A stretch of DNA of 64,000 bases from Alphaproteobacteria bacterium. Its GTDB lineage: Bacteria; Pseudomonadota; Alphaproteobacteria; Bin95. Numbering within the stretch: the first letter of the stretch is position 1; every line of letters starts with the position of its first letter. The stretch spans positions 3,168,001-3,232,000 of the forward strand of contig CBDBGH010000003.1 of the NCBI GenBank assembly GCA_965205265.1, in the 5' to 3' direction. Under the pieces are notes generated by a model that was not told where the DNA came from, did no database searches, and saw nothing but the letters and a program-made list of their open reading frames with translations. The position numbers were made by a program, and so were the translations under genes. This document shows, piece after piece, positions 11,043 through 21,513 of the stretch.

Positions 11043-11414
11043 ATGACGCTCACCATGCTCCAGCACGTCAACATCATGACGGACAAGCTCGACGAGACCG
11101 TCGCCTTCTACGAGGACATTCTGGGTTTCGAGAACGGCGAGCGCCCGAATTTCGCCTTCCCCGGCGCCTGGCTCTATTGCGGCGAGGAGGCGGTCATCCA
11201 CCTGATCGGCGTGGACGAGCAGGACAAGTCCGGGTCGGGCTGCATCGACCATGTCGCCTTCGCGGCCGAAGGCTTCGAGCGCTACACCGCCTTTCTCGGC
11301 GACAAGGGCTATGAGCACGAGACCCGCGTGGTGCCGGGCGGCAGGCTCCGCCAGATCTTCGTCCGCGACCCCAACGACGTGCTGATCGAGCTGAACTTCC
11401 GCGCGGACGAGTAG
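11043..11414 (+). CDS. VOC/glyoxalase family protein
   Basis: LQHVNI, FYEDILG, IDHVAF, QIFVRDPNDVLIELNF. Confidence 0.88.
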   Translation: MTLTMLQHVNIMTDKLDETVAFYEDILGFENGERPNFAFPGAWLYCGEEAVIHLIGVDEQDKSGSGCIDHVAFAAEGFERYTAFLGDKGYEHETRVVPGGRLRQIFVRDPNDVLIELNFRADE

Positions 11415-11427
11415 CGCGGGCGCCCGC

Positions 11428-12294
11428 CTACCAGCGGAGCGCGGTCGTCGCCCAGGTCGGGCGGACGCCGAGTTCGGCGGAGCGTTGCGCGAGGCGCGCC
11501 GGGTCGGGCGGCGTGCCCACTTCCTCGGCATGGATGCCGCCGGAGAGGAAGAGCGTGTCGATGCCCCAGGCGTTGCCGCCGGCGATGTCGGTCCTGAGCC
11601 CGTCGCCGACCATCAGCGCGCGCGCCGGGTCGGGGCTGCCGAGGGCCTCCAGCGCACGCGCGAACACCGCGCCGTCCGGCTTGCCGTGCCAGGCGACATC
11701 GCCGCCGAGCTCGACATAGCGGACGGCCAGCGAGCCCGCGCAGAGCGAGAGCCTGTCGCCGATATGCACGACAAGGTCCGGATTGGCGCAGACCATCGGC
11801 AGGCCCCGCGCCGCGCCCGCCGCCAGCAGCGGCTCGTAGTCCGCAACCGTCTCGTCCCAGCCGTCGATGCCGGTGCAGAGGATGAAATCGGCGTCCTCCA
11901 CCCGCTCCACGATGTCGAGGCCGTTGCCCTCTCGCACATCGTTGTCGCGCTCCGGCCCGACATGCAGGCAGCGCCGCCCGAGCCGCGCATGCCAGGGATC
12001 GCTGCGGTGCCGGAGCGCGGCCCAGGCCGACTCGCCCGACGACATGACCGCGTCGTAGAGGCTCCGGGGCACGCCCATATCGTCGAGGCGGCGGATGAGC
12101 GAGGCGATCCGGCGCGGGCCGTTGGAGAGGAAGCAGACCCGCTTGCCGCCGCCCGCCCGGAGCCGCTCCAACGCATCCAGCGCCGCCGGGAAGGGCCGGA
12201 CGCCATCATGCAGGCAGCCCCAGAGATCGACGAGATAGGAGTCGTAACGATCCGCCAGCGGCGCAAGGCCGGGCACGATTCCGGTGGCGCTCAC
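11428..12294 (-). CDS. HAD-IIA family hydrolase
   Basis: DLWGCLHDG, CANPD, GKP, MVGDGLRTDIAGG. Confidence 0.9.
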   Translation of the reverse strand: MSATGIVPGLAPLADRYDSYLVDLWGCLHDGVRPFPAALDALERLRAGGGKRVCFLSNGPRRIASLIRRLDDMGVPRSLYDAVMSSGESAWAALRHRSDPWHARLGRRCLHVGPERDNDVREGNGLDIVERVEDADFILCTGIDGWDETVADYEPLLAAGAARGLPMVCANPDLVVHIGDRLSLCAGSLAVRYVELGGDVAWHGKPDGAVFARALEALGSPDPARALMVGDGLRTDIAGGNAWGIDTLFLSGGIHAEEVGTPPDPARLAQRSAELGVRPTWATTALRW

Positions 12295-12309
12295 AGCCTG
12301 CAGCCGATG

Positions 12310-13365
12310 CTATTGCGGCGCGGCGGAAGAGTAGGCCGGCACCGGCGCCCCGGCTTCCGGCCGGGCGCTGCGGGCGGGTTCCATGCTGCGGGCGAGATCG
12401 CGCGCCATGCGGTAGGGCAGCAGGCTTCCGCCGTAGATGAGCGCGGTGTTGAACTGCACCAGGGACGCGCCGGCCTCAAGCCTTTCGCGCGCGTCTTCCG
12501 CGTTCTCGATGCCGCCCACGCCGATCAGATCGACCTTGCCTTCGCTCGCGGCCCGGATATCGCGCAGGGCCTCGGTGGCAAGGGCCTTGATCGGCCGGCC
12601 GCTCAAGCCGCCCTGCTCGCCCCGCTCCGGCGAGCGCAGGCCGGCGGGCCGGGAAACGGTCGTGTTGGAGACCACCACGCCGTCCACCGGCATCGTCGCA
12701 AGGGCCCGGCCGAGCGCTGCCCGCTCCGCCTTGCCGAGATCGGGGCAGAGCTTGACCCAGAGCGCCGCGCCCGAAGGCGATACGCTGCGCACGCGCTCCA
12801 CGATCCGGCGAAGCTCGCCTTCCGTCTGCAGCGCGCGCAGGCCCGGCGTGTTGGGAGACGACACATTGACGGTGACGAAATCCGCGAGGCCGGCGACCGA
12901 CCGTGCGACTGCCGCATAGTCGGCGGCGGCATCCTCGCTCGTCCTGTTCTTGGCGAGGTTGACGCCGACCGTGCCCCGTCCGCCCCAGTTGCGGTAGCGT
13001 TCCAGCCGCCGCGCAACGGCGTCCGCGCCGTGGCTGTAGAAGCCCATGCGGTTGATGACCGCCCGGTCGGCGGCAAGGCGGAACAGCCTCGGCTGCGGAT
13101 TGCCGGGCTGCGGCCTCGGCGTGACCCCGCCGATCTCGACAAAGCCGAATCCGAGGCCGAGCAGGCTGCGGACAACTTCTCCATGCCTGTCGAAGCCGGC
13201 TGCGAGGCCTACCGGATTATCCGCTTCGATTCCCGCCCTGCGCACGGGCAGCGCCGGAGGCCGCAGGCGGAGAGGAGAAAATTGGAGGAGCCGAAGCGCC
13301 ATATTGTGCGCTTTTTCAGGCGGCAGCAGATGAAGCACCCTGCTGGGCGGCCACAGATGGTACAC
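12310..13365 (-). CDS. pyrD: Quinone-dependent dihydroorotate dehydrogenase
   Basis: NPVGLAAGFD, GNPQPRLFRL, INRMGF, NVSSPNTPGLR, GGLSG. Confidence 0.95.
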   Translation of the reverse strand: MYHLWPPSRVLHLLPPEKAHNMALRLLQFSPLRLRPPALPVRRAGIEADNPVGLAAGFDRHGEVVRSLLGLGFGFVEIGGVTPRPQPGNPQPRLFRLAADRAVINRMGFYSHGADAVARRLERYRNWGGRGTVGVNLAKNRTSEDAAADYAAVARSVAGLADFVTVNVSSPNTPGLRALQTEGELRRIVERVRSVSPSGAALWVKLCPDLGKAERAALGRALATMPVDGVVVSNTTVSRPAGLRSPERGEQGGLSGRPIKALATEALRDIRAASEGKVDLIGVGGIENAEDARERLEAGASLVQFNTALIYGGSLLPYRMARDLARSMEPARSARPEAGAPVPAYSSAAPQ

Positions 13366-13517
13366 CGCGTTTCCACACTCCAGTCAGAAGCGCGTCAGGA
13401 CGCAAGGAACGTCAACCTGTAGCGCCCAACGCTTCGGCGTACACTATATGTAGCCAAGGCCCCAATGTAAACGAGATTGTCCCCAATCTCATCAAGCGGA
13501 TTGTCGCAAGCGCCTGC

Positions 13518-14327
13518 CTAAACCGCGGACAGGTCGAAGTCGGCGATGACGGGGGCGTGGTCGGAGGGGCGTTCCCAGCCGCGCGCGTCGCGCAGCACCT
13601 CCGCCCCGGCGAGCGCGCCCGACAGCGCGGGCGTCGCCCAGATATGGTCGAGCCGCCGCCCCCGGTCGGAGGCCGACCAGTCGCGCGCCCGGTAGCTCCA
13701 CCAGCTGTAGAGTTTCTGCTCCGGCGGGATGAAACGGCGCACGACATCGGTCCAGCCATGTGAGTCCTGCACCGCCGCCAGGTGCTCCACCTCGACGGGC
13801 GTGTGGCTCACCACCTTGAGGAGCTGGCGGTGCGACCAGACATCGGTTTCCAGCGGCGCGATATTGAGATCGCCGACCATCACCCGGCGCGCGCCGTCGT
13901 CCCGCCGGTCCCGCCACCAGCCGGTCATCTCCTGAAGGAACTGCAGCTTGTGCGCGAACTTGTCGTTGATGTCCGGGTCCGGCTCGTCGCCGCCCGCCGG
14001 CACGTAGAAATTGTGGATTTCGATGCCCGCGACGGTGGCGAAGGCGTGGCGCCCGTCCGAACGCCCGCACCAGTCGCGCGTGCCGCCGTTCTCGATGGGG
14101 AGCCGCGAAAACACCGCGACGCCGTGATAGCCCTTGATGCCGTAGAGCACCGAGTGGCGGTAGCCGAGCGCATGGAACGGCTCGACGGGGAAATGGCGGC
14201 TCTCGACCTTGACCTCCTGGAGGCAGAGCACATCGGGCGCGCGCTCCGCCGCCAGCCGCTCGACGCTGTCGATGCGCAGCCGGACCGAGTTCACATTCCA
14301 GCTGGCGATCCTGAGCCGGTCAGCCAT
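13518..14327 (-). CDS. xth: Exodeoxyribonuclease III
   Basis: SWNVNS, LQEVK, GDLNIAP, YSWWSYR, RLDHI, PSDHAPV. Confidence 0.95.
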   Translation of the reverse strand: MADRLRIASWNVNSVRLRIDSVERLAAERAPDVLCLQEVKVESRHFPVEPFHALGYRHSVLYGIKGYHGVAVFSRLPIENGGTRDWCGRSDGRHAFATVAGIEIHNFYVPAGGDEPDPDINDKFAHKLQFLQEMTGWWRDRRDDGARRVMVGDLNIAPLETDVWSHRQLLKVVSHTPVEVEHLAAVQDSHGWTDVVRRFIPPEQKLYSWWSYRARDWSASDRGRRLDHIWATPALSGALAGAEVLRDARGWERPSDHAPVIADFDLSAV

Positions 14328-15342
14328 TGAGCGCGGCCTTCTCCGCCTCGGTATAGAAGGCGTCGGCGTGGATGTCCTCGGGGCGCATGTCGCGGATTTC
14401 CAGCATTTCGGTCGCCGCCTCGACCATCACTGGCGGGCCGGCGAGATAGGCCTTGCAGCCGTCGAGATCGTCGAAATCGGCCGCCACGGCGTCATGCACG
14501 AAGCCCGTGCGCCGGTCCGTGCCGCCCTCCGGCTCCGACAGCACGATCTGGACGCTGAGCCGCTCGTGCTTCGACGCCAGGCCGGCGAGTTCCTCTTCGA
14601 GATAGACGTCGCATTCGCCGCGCACCCCGAAGTAGAAATAGATAGGCTGCGGCATGTCCTTTGCGAGCGCCGTTTCCACGATCGCCTTGATCGGCGCGAG
14701 GCCCGACCCGCCCGCTATGGCGAGGATCGGGCCGCGATGGGCGTCCCTCAGATAGGCGGCGCCGTACGGCCCCTCGACCGCGACGGCGTCGCCTTCCTTC
14801 ACCCCGCCCTGGACGAAGTTGGACACCTCCCCGTCGTCCATCGCGCGGATGTGGAATTCGAGCATGCCGCCGGGACCGGTCGCCATCGAATAATCGCGCG
14901 CCGGCCGGCCGGCGAAGCCGAGCGAGGCGTACTGGCCCGCCGTATAGGCGAACTCGACGCCTTCCGGCACGGCAAGGCGCAGGCGCACGATGTCATGCGT
15001 CATCTCGGTGCGCTCGGCCACCACCGCCTCGAAGCGGCGCAGCGGATGGGCGACCATCTCCTCGTCGTCATTGAGCCACGCGACCTCGAGGTTCTCCTGC
15101 GGGTGCGAGCGGCAGGCGAGCACGAAGCCGCTTTCCTTCTCCTCGTCCGTCAGCGCAAAGTCGGAATAGGGCTCCATCTCCACGCTGCCCGCATAGAGGC
15201 GGCTCTTGCAGGCGCCGCAATTGCCCGACCGGCAGCCATGCGGATAGGGCACGCCCAGTTCCAGCGCCGCTTCCAGCAGCGTCTGGTCCTCGTCCACCTC
15301 GACCGCCTCGCCCCACTGGGCAATCTTCACGACATGGGTCAT
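14320..15342 (-). CDS. 2Fe-2S ferredoxin / FAD-NAD(P)H reductase (oxygenase reductase type)
   Basis: CRSGNCGAC...LAC, RDYS, GPYG, AGGSGLAP, YLAGPP. Confidence 0.9.
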   Translation of the reverse strand: MTHVVKIAQWGEAVEVDEDQTLLEAALELGVPYPHGCRSGNCGACKSRLYAGSVEMEPYSDFALTDEEKESGFVLACRSHPQENLEVAWLNDDEEMVAHPLRRFEAVVAERTEMTHDIVRLRLAVPEGVEFAYTAGQYASLGFAGRPARDYSMATGPGGMLEFHIRAMDDGEVSNFVQGGVKEGDAVAVEGPYGAAYLRDAHRGPILAIAGGSGLAPIKAIVETALAKDMPQPIYFYFGVRGECDVYLEEELAGLASKHERLSVQIVLSEPEGGTDRRTGFVHDAVAADFDDLDGCKAYLAGPPVMVEAATEMLEIRDMRPEDIHADAFYTEAEKAALNG

Positions 15343-15356
15343 GGAATGCGCGCCCT

Positions 15357-16748
15357 CTATTCCAGGGACTTGATGATGCCTTCGCACATCGCCTTGGCGT
15401 CGCCGAACAGCATCATCGTATTCTCGTTGAAGAAAAGCGGGTTATCGACGCCGGCATAGCCGCTCGCCATCGACCGCTTGACGAACATGACCATCCGCGA
15501 CCGGTCCACCTCCAGCACCGGCATGCCGTAGATCGGGCTGGACGTATCGTTGCGCGCGGACGGGTTGGTGATGTCGTTGGCGCCGATCACGAAGGCGATG
15601 TCGGTGGAGGGGAAATCGCGGTTGATGGCCTCCATCTCGACCACCTTGTCGTAAGGCACGTTGGCCTCCGCCAGCAGCACATTCATGTGCCCCGGCATCC
15701 GCCCTGCGACCGGATGGATGGCGAAGCGCACCCGCACGCCCTCCCCTTCCAGCATGTCGACCATTTCGCGCAGCGCATGCTGGGCCTGGGCCACCGCCAT
15801 GCCGTAGCCCGGCACCACCACCACGGAGCCGGCATTGCGCAGCATGAAGGCCGCGTCGTCGGCATTGCCGGCCTTGACCGGCCCCCGGTCGGCAGCCTCT
15901 CCCGTCGGTCCCTCGGTCTCGCCGCCGAAGCCGCCCAGCAGCACATGGGCGAGCGAGCGGTTCATGCCCTTGCACATGATGTATGAGAGGATCGCCCCGG
16001 ACGCGCCGACCAGCGCCCCCGTGATAATCATCAGCGGGTTGTCGAGCGTGAAGCCGATGCCGCAGGAGGCCCAGCCCGAGGCCGAGTTCAGCACCGAGAT
16101 CACGACCGGCATGTCCGCCCCGCCGATGGGGATGACCACCAGCACGCCCCAGACCAGCGCCGCGAGCGCAAGCGCCCAGAACAGCCCCGCCGTGCCCCAG
16201 CCGGCGAAGGCGAGCGCGGCCATCAGCACGATGAGGCCGACGAAGGCGTTGACCGCACGCTGGCCGGTGAAGGTGATGGGCGCGCTTTGCATCAACCCGT
16301 GCAGCTTGGCGAAGGCAACGACCGAGCCGGTGAAGGTGACGGCGCCGATGGCGGTCGAGGCCATGATCTCGACCAGGCTGTGGGTCGCGAGCCCGCCTTC
16401 CAGCGGAATGCCGTAGAGGCTCGGGCTCTCCAGGGCGGCGGCGGCGATCAGCACCGCCGCGAGGCCGACCAGGCTGTTGAAGATCGCGACCAGCTGCGGC
16501 AGGTCCGTGATCTTGACCCTGAGCGCGATCACCGTGCCGATGGCGCCGCCGATGACAATGCCGCCCAGCACCAGCTCGAAGGTAACGATCTGCGGGCGGA
16601 GCAGCGTTGCGCCGATGGCGATCGCCATGCCGGCTATGGCGATCCAGTTCCCCCGGCGCGCGGTTTCCGGGGAGGCGAGGCCCCGGATTCCCAGGATGAA
16701 GCAGATGGCCGCCACAAGGTAGGCGAAGGATGCAATCGAGGCTTCCAT
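15357..16748 (-). CDS. pntB: NAD(P) transhydrogenase subunit beta
   Basis: IGGADMPVVIS, PGYGMAVAQAQH, HPVAGRMPGHMNVLLAEA. Confidence 0.96.
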   Translation of the reverse strand: MEASIASFAYLVAAICFILGIRGLASPETARRGNWIAIAGMAIAIGATLLRPQIVTFELVLGGIVIGGAIGTVIALRVKITDLPQLVAIFNSLVGLAAVLIAAAALESPSLYGIPLEGGLATHSLVEIMASTAIGAVTFTGSVVAFAKLHGLMQSAPITFTGQRAVNAFVGLIVLMAALAFAGWGTAGLFWALALAALVWGVLVVIPIGGADMPVVISVLNSASGWASCGIGFTLDNPLMIITGALVGASGAILSYIMCKGMNRSLAHVLLGGFGGETEGPTGEAADRGPVKAGNADDAAFMLRNAGSVVVVPGYGMAVAQAQHALREMVDMLEGEGVRVRFAIHPVAGRMPGHMNVLLAEANVPYDKVVEMEAINRDFPSTDIAFVIGANDITNPSARNDTSSPIYGMPVLEVDRSRMVMFVKRSMASGYAGVDNPLFFNENTMMLFGDAKAMCEGIIKSLE

Positions 16749-16752
16749 CCCC

Positions 16753-17169
16753 TCAGCCGCCCTTCTTGCGGTACATCTGGAGCATTCTCTGGGTGATGAT
16801 GAAGCCGCCGAAGATATTGACGGAGGCAACCACGACGGCGACGAAGCCCAGCAGCTTGGAGACGCCGAAAATGGCGGGTCCGGCGGCGATCATCGCCCCC
16901 AGCACGACCACGCCGGAAATCGCGTTGGCGACCGACATGAGGGGCGCATGCAGCGCCGGCGTCACCTTCCAGACCACGTAATAGCCGACGAAACAGGCAA
17001 GCGCGAAGACGGTGAGGCCGAACAGCACAGGGTCGGTTGCAGGCGCATCCGCCTGGGCGGCCCGGTGGGCGAGGTCGGCCGCCTCCGTTGCCAGCCGCTG
17101 CGCCTCGTCGGCGAGCTGGCTGGCGCGGTCGGCAATCGCCGCCGCATCCCGGTTCAGGGGTTCAGCCAT
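16753..17169 (-). CDS. pntAB: NAD(P) transhydrogenase subunit alpha, membrane part
   Basis: [29 protein letters not shown]. Confidence 0.93.
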   Translation of the reverse strand: MAEPLNRDAAAIADRASQLADEAQRLATEAADLAHRAAQADAPATDPVLFGLTVFALACFVGYYVVWKVTPALHAPLMSVANAISGVVVLGAMIAAGPAIFGVSKLLGFVAVVVASVNIFGGFIITQRMLQMYRKKGG

Positions 17170-18259
17170 CGGAAGCGTCCTTCGGGTTCAGCGCCGTCGC
17201 GGAAACGATCGGATCGTCGTAGTCGGGCGCGAGCGCGCCCCGCTCCTTGTCCACCAGCAGTTCCGCAAAATTGACGAGGTTGCGCGCATAGAGGGCGCTG
17301 GCGTCCTGCGCCACACGGGACGGCAGGTCGCTGTCGCCCACGATGAACACCCCCTGTTCCTCCACGATGCGGTCCGCGCGGCTCAGCTCGCAATTGCCGC
17401 CCTGGGCGACGGCGATATCGACGACCACGGAGCCGGGCGGCATGGCGCGCACCATGTCCGCCGAAAGCAGGCGCGGCGCGGGCCGGCCGGGAATCTGCGC
17501 GGTCGTGATGACGATATTCGTGCGCGCGAGCGTCTCGGCCAGCTTGTCGGCCTGCTCGCGCCTGTAGTCCTCGCCCATCTCCCGGGCGTAACCGCCTTCG
17601 TCCTCGGCGAGGCTGGGCTGCCTGTGGTCCACCTCGATGAAGCTGGCGCCGAGGCTCTCCACCTGCTCGCGCGCCGCCGGGCGCACATCCATCGCCGACA
17701 CGACGGCCCCGAGGCGCCGCGCCGTCGCGATCGCCTGGAGGCCGGCCACGCCGGCGCCCAGGATGAGAACCCGCGCCGGCGCGATGGTGCCGGCGGCCGT
17801 CACCATCATCGGGAAGGCGCGGCCGAAGAGGTCGGCGGCGCGGACCACCGCCGCATAGCCCGCGAGATTGGACTGGCTCGAAAGCGCATCCATGGCCTGC
17901 GCGCGGGTGATGCGCGGCATGAGTTCCATCGCGAACGCCTCGACGCCCGCCGCGGCCAGCGCGGCCGGGCCGCCGTCGTCGCCGAAGGGCGCAAGCAGGC
18001 CCGCCAGCATGGCCCCCCGCTTCAACCGCCCGACCGCCGGCATCTGCACCGCAAGCACGAGATCCGCCGCTTCAAGCGCCTCGGGATCCGTTGCCGCGCC
18101 GGCCTCTGCATAGGCGGCGTCCGTGTAGCCGGCGGCCGTCCCGGCATCGGGCTCCACGCGCACCTCGAAGCCCATCGCCAGCAGCCGCTTCACGCTGTCC
18201 GGCGTTGCAGCGACGCGGCGCTCGCGCGGCGCGGTTTCCTTCGGTATCCCAGCAAGCAT
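17162..18259 (-). CDS. pntAA: NAD(P) transhydrogenase subunit alpha, soluble part
   Basis: [39 protein letters not shown]. Confidence 0.95.
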   Translation of the reverse strand: MLAGIPKETAPRERRVAATPDSVKRLLAMGFEVRVEPDAGTAAGYTDAAYAEAGAATDPEALEAADLVLAVQMPAVGRLKRGAMLAGLLAPFGDDGGPAALAAAGVEAFAMELMPRITRAQAMDALSSQSNLAGYAAVVRAADLFGRAFPMMVTAAGTIAPARVLILGAGVAGLQAIATARRLGAVVSAMDVRPAAREQVESLGASFIEVDHRQPSLAEDEGGYAREMGEDYRREQADKLAETLARTNIVITTAQIPGRPAPRLLSADMVRAMPPGSVVVDIAVAQGGNCELSRADRIVEEQGVFIVGDSDLPSRVAQDASALYARNLVNFAELLVDKERGALAPDYDDPIVSATALNPKDASDG

Positions 18260-18349
18260 GCCACCTCTCCGAGCGCGGGGTTGTTGCATTGCACAACGGG
18301 TTTGGCAAGCGCACGCATTGTCGCTAGGCTGACCCTTCGGAGGGGTCCA

Positions 18350-18661
18350 TTGTTTGTCTGTCGTCTCGTAGCCCTGCTGTTCGCGTGTGGCGCGATGATC
18401 GCGCTTGGCGGCGACATCTGGCAGGCGGCGGCCGAAGGGGAATGGCAACCGCAGGCGCTGGGCCAACTCTGGTTCGCGCTGGACAGCGGAAGCCTCAATC
18501 TCACGCAGGCCATCGTCCAGCGTTACCTGCATCCCTGGCTCTGGGACCCGGCCTTCGTGCAACTGCTGCTCTGGCCGGCCTGGGTGCTTCCGGGCGGCCT
18601 TGCGATCGTCCTGTTCCTGCTCTGCCGCCGCCGGCGCCGTGCGGCGGGAACGTTCGACTGA
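18350..18661 (+). CDS. Small membrane protein of unknown function
   Basis: TTG start after AGGGG; two hydrophobic ends around LGQLWFALDSGSLNLTQAIVQRY..PWLWDP. Confidence 0.6.
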   Translation: MFVCRLVALLFACGAMIALGGDIWQAAAEGEWQPQALGQLWFALDSGSLNLTQAIVQRYLHPWLWDPAFVQLLLWPAWVLPGGLAIVLFLLCRRRRRAAGTFD

Positions 18662-18740
18662 CGCCACCGGCACCCGTCCTTGCCATGCGCGGACCGGGCC
18701 TCCGTGCCATACTGGCGCGGCGGGAGCGGGAGGGAGAGCC

Positions 18741-19565
18741 ATGGACGGGCGTCTGGCGGGCAAGGCGGCGCTGGTTGCCGGGGCGGGGTCGATCGCCGAG
18801 GGCTGGTCCAACGGCAAGGCAAGCGCGGTGCTGATGGCGCGCGAGGGCGCGCGGGTTTTCTGTGTGGACCGGGACGCGGCCGCCGCCGAGGAAACCGCGG
18901 CGGAGATCCATGCCGAGGGCGGCGAGGCGCGGGCCTGGCAGGCCGACATGTCGGTCGCGGCCGAAGTCGAGGCGGCGGTGGCCTCCTGCCTCGACGCCTG
19001 GGGCCGGATCGACATCCTCTTCAACAATATCGGCCTCCAGGCCCTCGGCGGCCCGGTGGAGCTGGATGAGGCGGACTGGGACCGGCTGATGACGGTCAAC
19101 GTCAAACCGATGTTCCTCGCCTGCAAGCATGTGCTGCCGGTCATGGTCGAACAGGGGCGCGGCTCTATCGTCAACAACTCGTCGCTGGCGAGCCTGCGCT
19201 TCGCCTATCCCGCAGTTGCCTACTCGGCGTCCAAGGGCGCGGTCAACGAACTCACCCGCAACATCGCCGGGCAATACGCGCCGCAGGGCATACGCTGCAA
19301 TGCGGTGCTGCCGGGGATGATGGCGACGCCGCGCATTACCCGGCGGCTGAAGGAGGTCCACGGCGACGGTTTCGAGAGCGTGCTGGAGGAACGCGCCGGC
19401 ATCGTGCCGATGGGCCGCGCGGGTACGGCCTGGGATGTGGCCTATGCCGTGCTCTTCCTCGCTTCGGACGAGTCGGCCTACATTACCGGAATGGAACTGG
19501 TCGTCGATGGCGGCCTTGCCGCATCGGTGCGCGGCCGGCCCTGGTCCGGGGAGATGGGCGGATGA
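18741..19565 (+). CDS. SDR family oxidoreductase
   Basis: RLAGKAALVAGAG, NNIG, YSASK, VDGG. Confidence 0.92.
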   Translation: MDGRLAGKAALVAGAGSIAEGWSNGKASAVLMAREGARVFCVDRDAAAAEETAAEIHAEGGEARAWQADMSVAAEVEAAVASCLDAWGRIDILFNNIGLQALGGPVELDEADWDRLMTVNVKPMFLACKHVLPVMVEQGRGSIVNNSSLASLRFAYPAVAYSASKGAVNELTRNIAGQYAPQGIRCNAVLPGMMATPRITRRLKEVHGDGFESVLEERAGIVPMGRAGTAWDVAYAVLFLASDESAYITGMELVVDGGLAASVRGRPWSGEMGG

Positions 19566-21103
19566 CGGCCAGCCTTGCGGCGCTCACTTTCGATTTCGAC
19601 GGCATGTCCGGCTTCATCGCCCGGGGCAGAACCTCGCCGACCGTGCTTTCGCGCGGCGAGTTCGGGGCGGTCGGCGTCGAGCGTATATTGCGGCTTCTGG
19701 ACCGCTACGGCATCGCGGCATCCTTTTTCATTCCGGGCATCACCATCGGCACATGGCCGGACCATTGCCGGCGCATCCACGAGGCCGGCCACGAGATCGG
19801 CCATCACGGCTGGCGCCATATCCCGCCGGTGCAGCTCGCGCGCGAGGAAGAGGCGGACGAGCTCGACCTGGGCATCGCCGCCATAGAGGCGCTGACGGAC
19901 CGGCGGCCGCGCGGCTACCGCTCCCCCGCCTGGGACCTTTCGGAAAACACCGTCGAGCTGCTGCTGGAGCGCGGCTTCGTCTATGACAGCTCGATGATGG
20001 GGCACGACACGCAGCCCTACCGGGTGCGCCGGGGCGATGTCATACATGAGGACAAAGCCTCGACCTTCGGCGAGGAAACCGACCTGCTGGAGCTGCCGGT
20101 CTCCTGGAGCGCGGACGACTGGCCGCATTTCGAATTCATGCCGCCCGGCATGCCCGGCCTCAGAGGCACGAACTCGGTGCTGGAGAACTGGCTGGACGAT
20201 TTCCGCTACATGGTCCGCCATGAGGGAGGAGGGCTGATGACCTACACCTTCCAGGCAGCCCAACGCAGGAAATTCGATCTGGAAAATCCCCGGAACCAGC
20301 TCTTCACCAAGACCGATCTCGCCAAGTACCTGAATGTCTGGGAACAACGGCCGCAGGAAGTGAGCCTGGGTGCGCAGAAGAACTTCGCGGCGTTCGCGCG
20401 GCGCATCGGCCAAGCCTGGAGAAAATCTCGCGACGACTTCAACGAGGCCTGGTATCGTGCGGCGGTCGCGATGGCAATCGTCTTCAGGTCCAGCGAACGC
20501 GTCGTGTCCGCCCAACCCTGGTATCAGGGTGGGTATCGCGCGAACATCGTCGCCTGCACGATCGCGAAGCTTGCCCACGATGTCGCCGATCGGGACCGCG
20601 CGGTGGACCTCGAAGCCATCTGGCGGCGGCAGTCGGCGGGCGGCAACCTCGACGACGCCATTGCGACCGCTGCCGCGGAAGTCCACGCGGTCCTCGTTCA
20701 GCCGCCGGACGGCATCAGCAACGTAACCGAATGGGCAAAGAAGCAGGCATGCCGGGACCGTGTGCGAAACCTCCACATCGATTGGCCGGACGCATTCGTT
20801 CAGGAACTGATTTCATCCGGGGAACTGAGCGATGCGGCCCGGACGGCCCGGCGTGAACAACGCGAACTCGACGGGATCGAGGCGCAGATTGCGGTCGTCA
20901 ACGCCGGCGGTCGGTTCTGGTCGGACGCTCTCGCATGGGGAAAGGCCCGGCGGCTCCTCACGCCGGTCGAAACGGGAATCCTGGAGGTGGCGGCGCGTGT
21001 TCCCGAACGCACGCCGACGGAGAGGCAGTCGTCCAGGGCTGTCGAGGCGTTGCGCAAGCTGCAACGAGAGGGATACGCGGAGAAACTCCCCGAGACTTCC
21101 TGA
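19562..21103 (+). pseudogene. In-frame chimera of a truncated polysaccharide deacetylase (to about 20252) and the C-terminal part of an AIPR-like protein
   Basis: TFDFD, HEIGHHG, GYRSP, YDSS up to LMTYTF, then an abrupt switch to QRRKFDLENPRNQLFTKTDLAKY...GAQKNF...NVTEWAKKQAC. Confidence 0.75.
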
Positions 21104-21141
21104 GCATTCGTCATGGTCGAACAGGACGAACGCCTTCCCTG

Positions 21142-21513
21142 TCATGCGACCTCTTCATCTGCATCGCCGGGCAATTTCGGCGCGACCTCGGAGATGGCGC
21201 GTCTGATCTGCTCGATCTCCTCGTCGCGCCCGGCCTTCTCCATGTCGAGAGCGATGGCCTGGGCGGCGAACAGCGCGGAACGAAGGAGATGAATTTCGGC
21301 TGCCGTCCCGGGCCATCGGCGCCGGTCGAGGGCCTCGATGGCGAGTTCGACCACGAGTTGATTGGCCGAGACCTTGCGGTCTCCGACGGCTTCCTCGATG
21401 CGCGCCCACTCTTGCGGGGTGACCCGTATGTGCTTTTCCATCGTCTTTGCCATGGGCTTCTTCTCTTTTTCGTTTCGGTCCCGGAGCGTTGCGCTGTCGA
21501 AATTTCTATTGTG
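21142..21513 (-). CDS. Small hypothetical protein, possibly ribbon-helix-helix mobilisation accessory
   Basis: MAKTMEKHIRVTPQEWARIEEA...SANQLVVELAIEAL has a strand-helix-helix pattern. Confidence 0.5.
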   Translation of the reverse strand, partial: HNRNFDSATLRDRNEKEKKPMAKTMEKHIRVTPQEWARIEEAVGDRKVSANQLVVELAIEALDRRRWPGTAAEIHLLRSALFAAQAIALDMEKAGRDEEIEQIRRAISEVAPKLPGDADEEVA

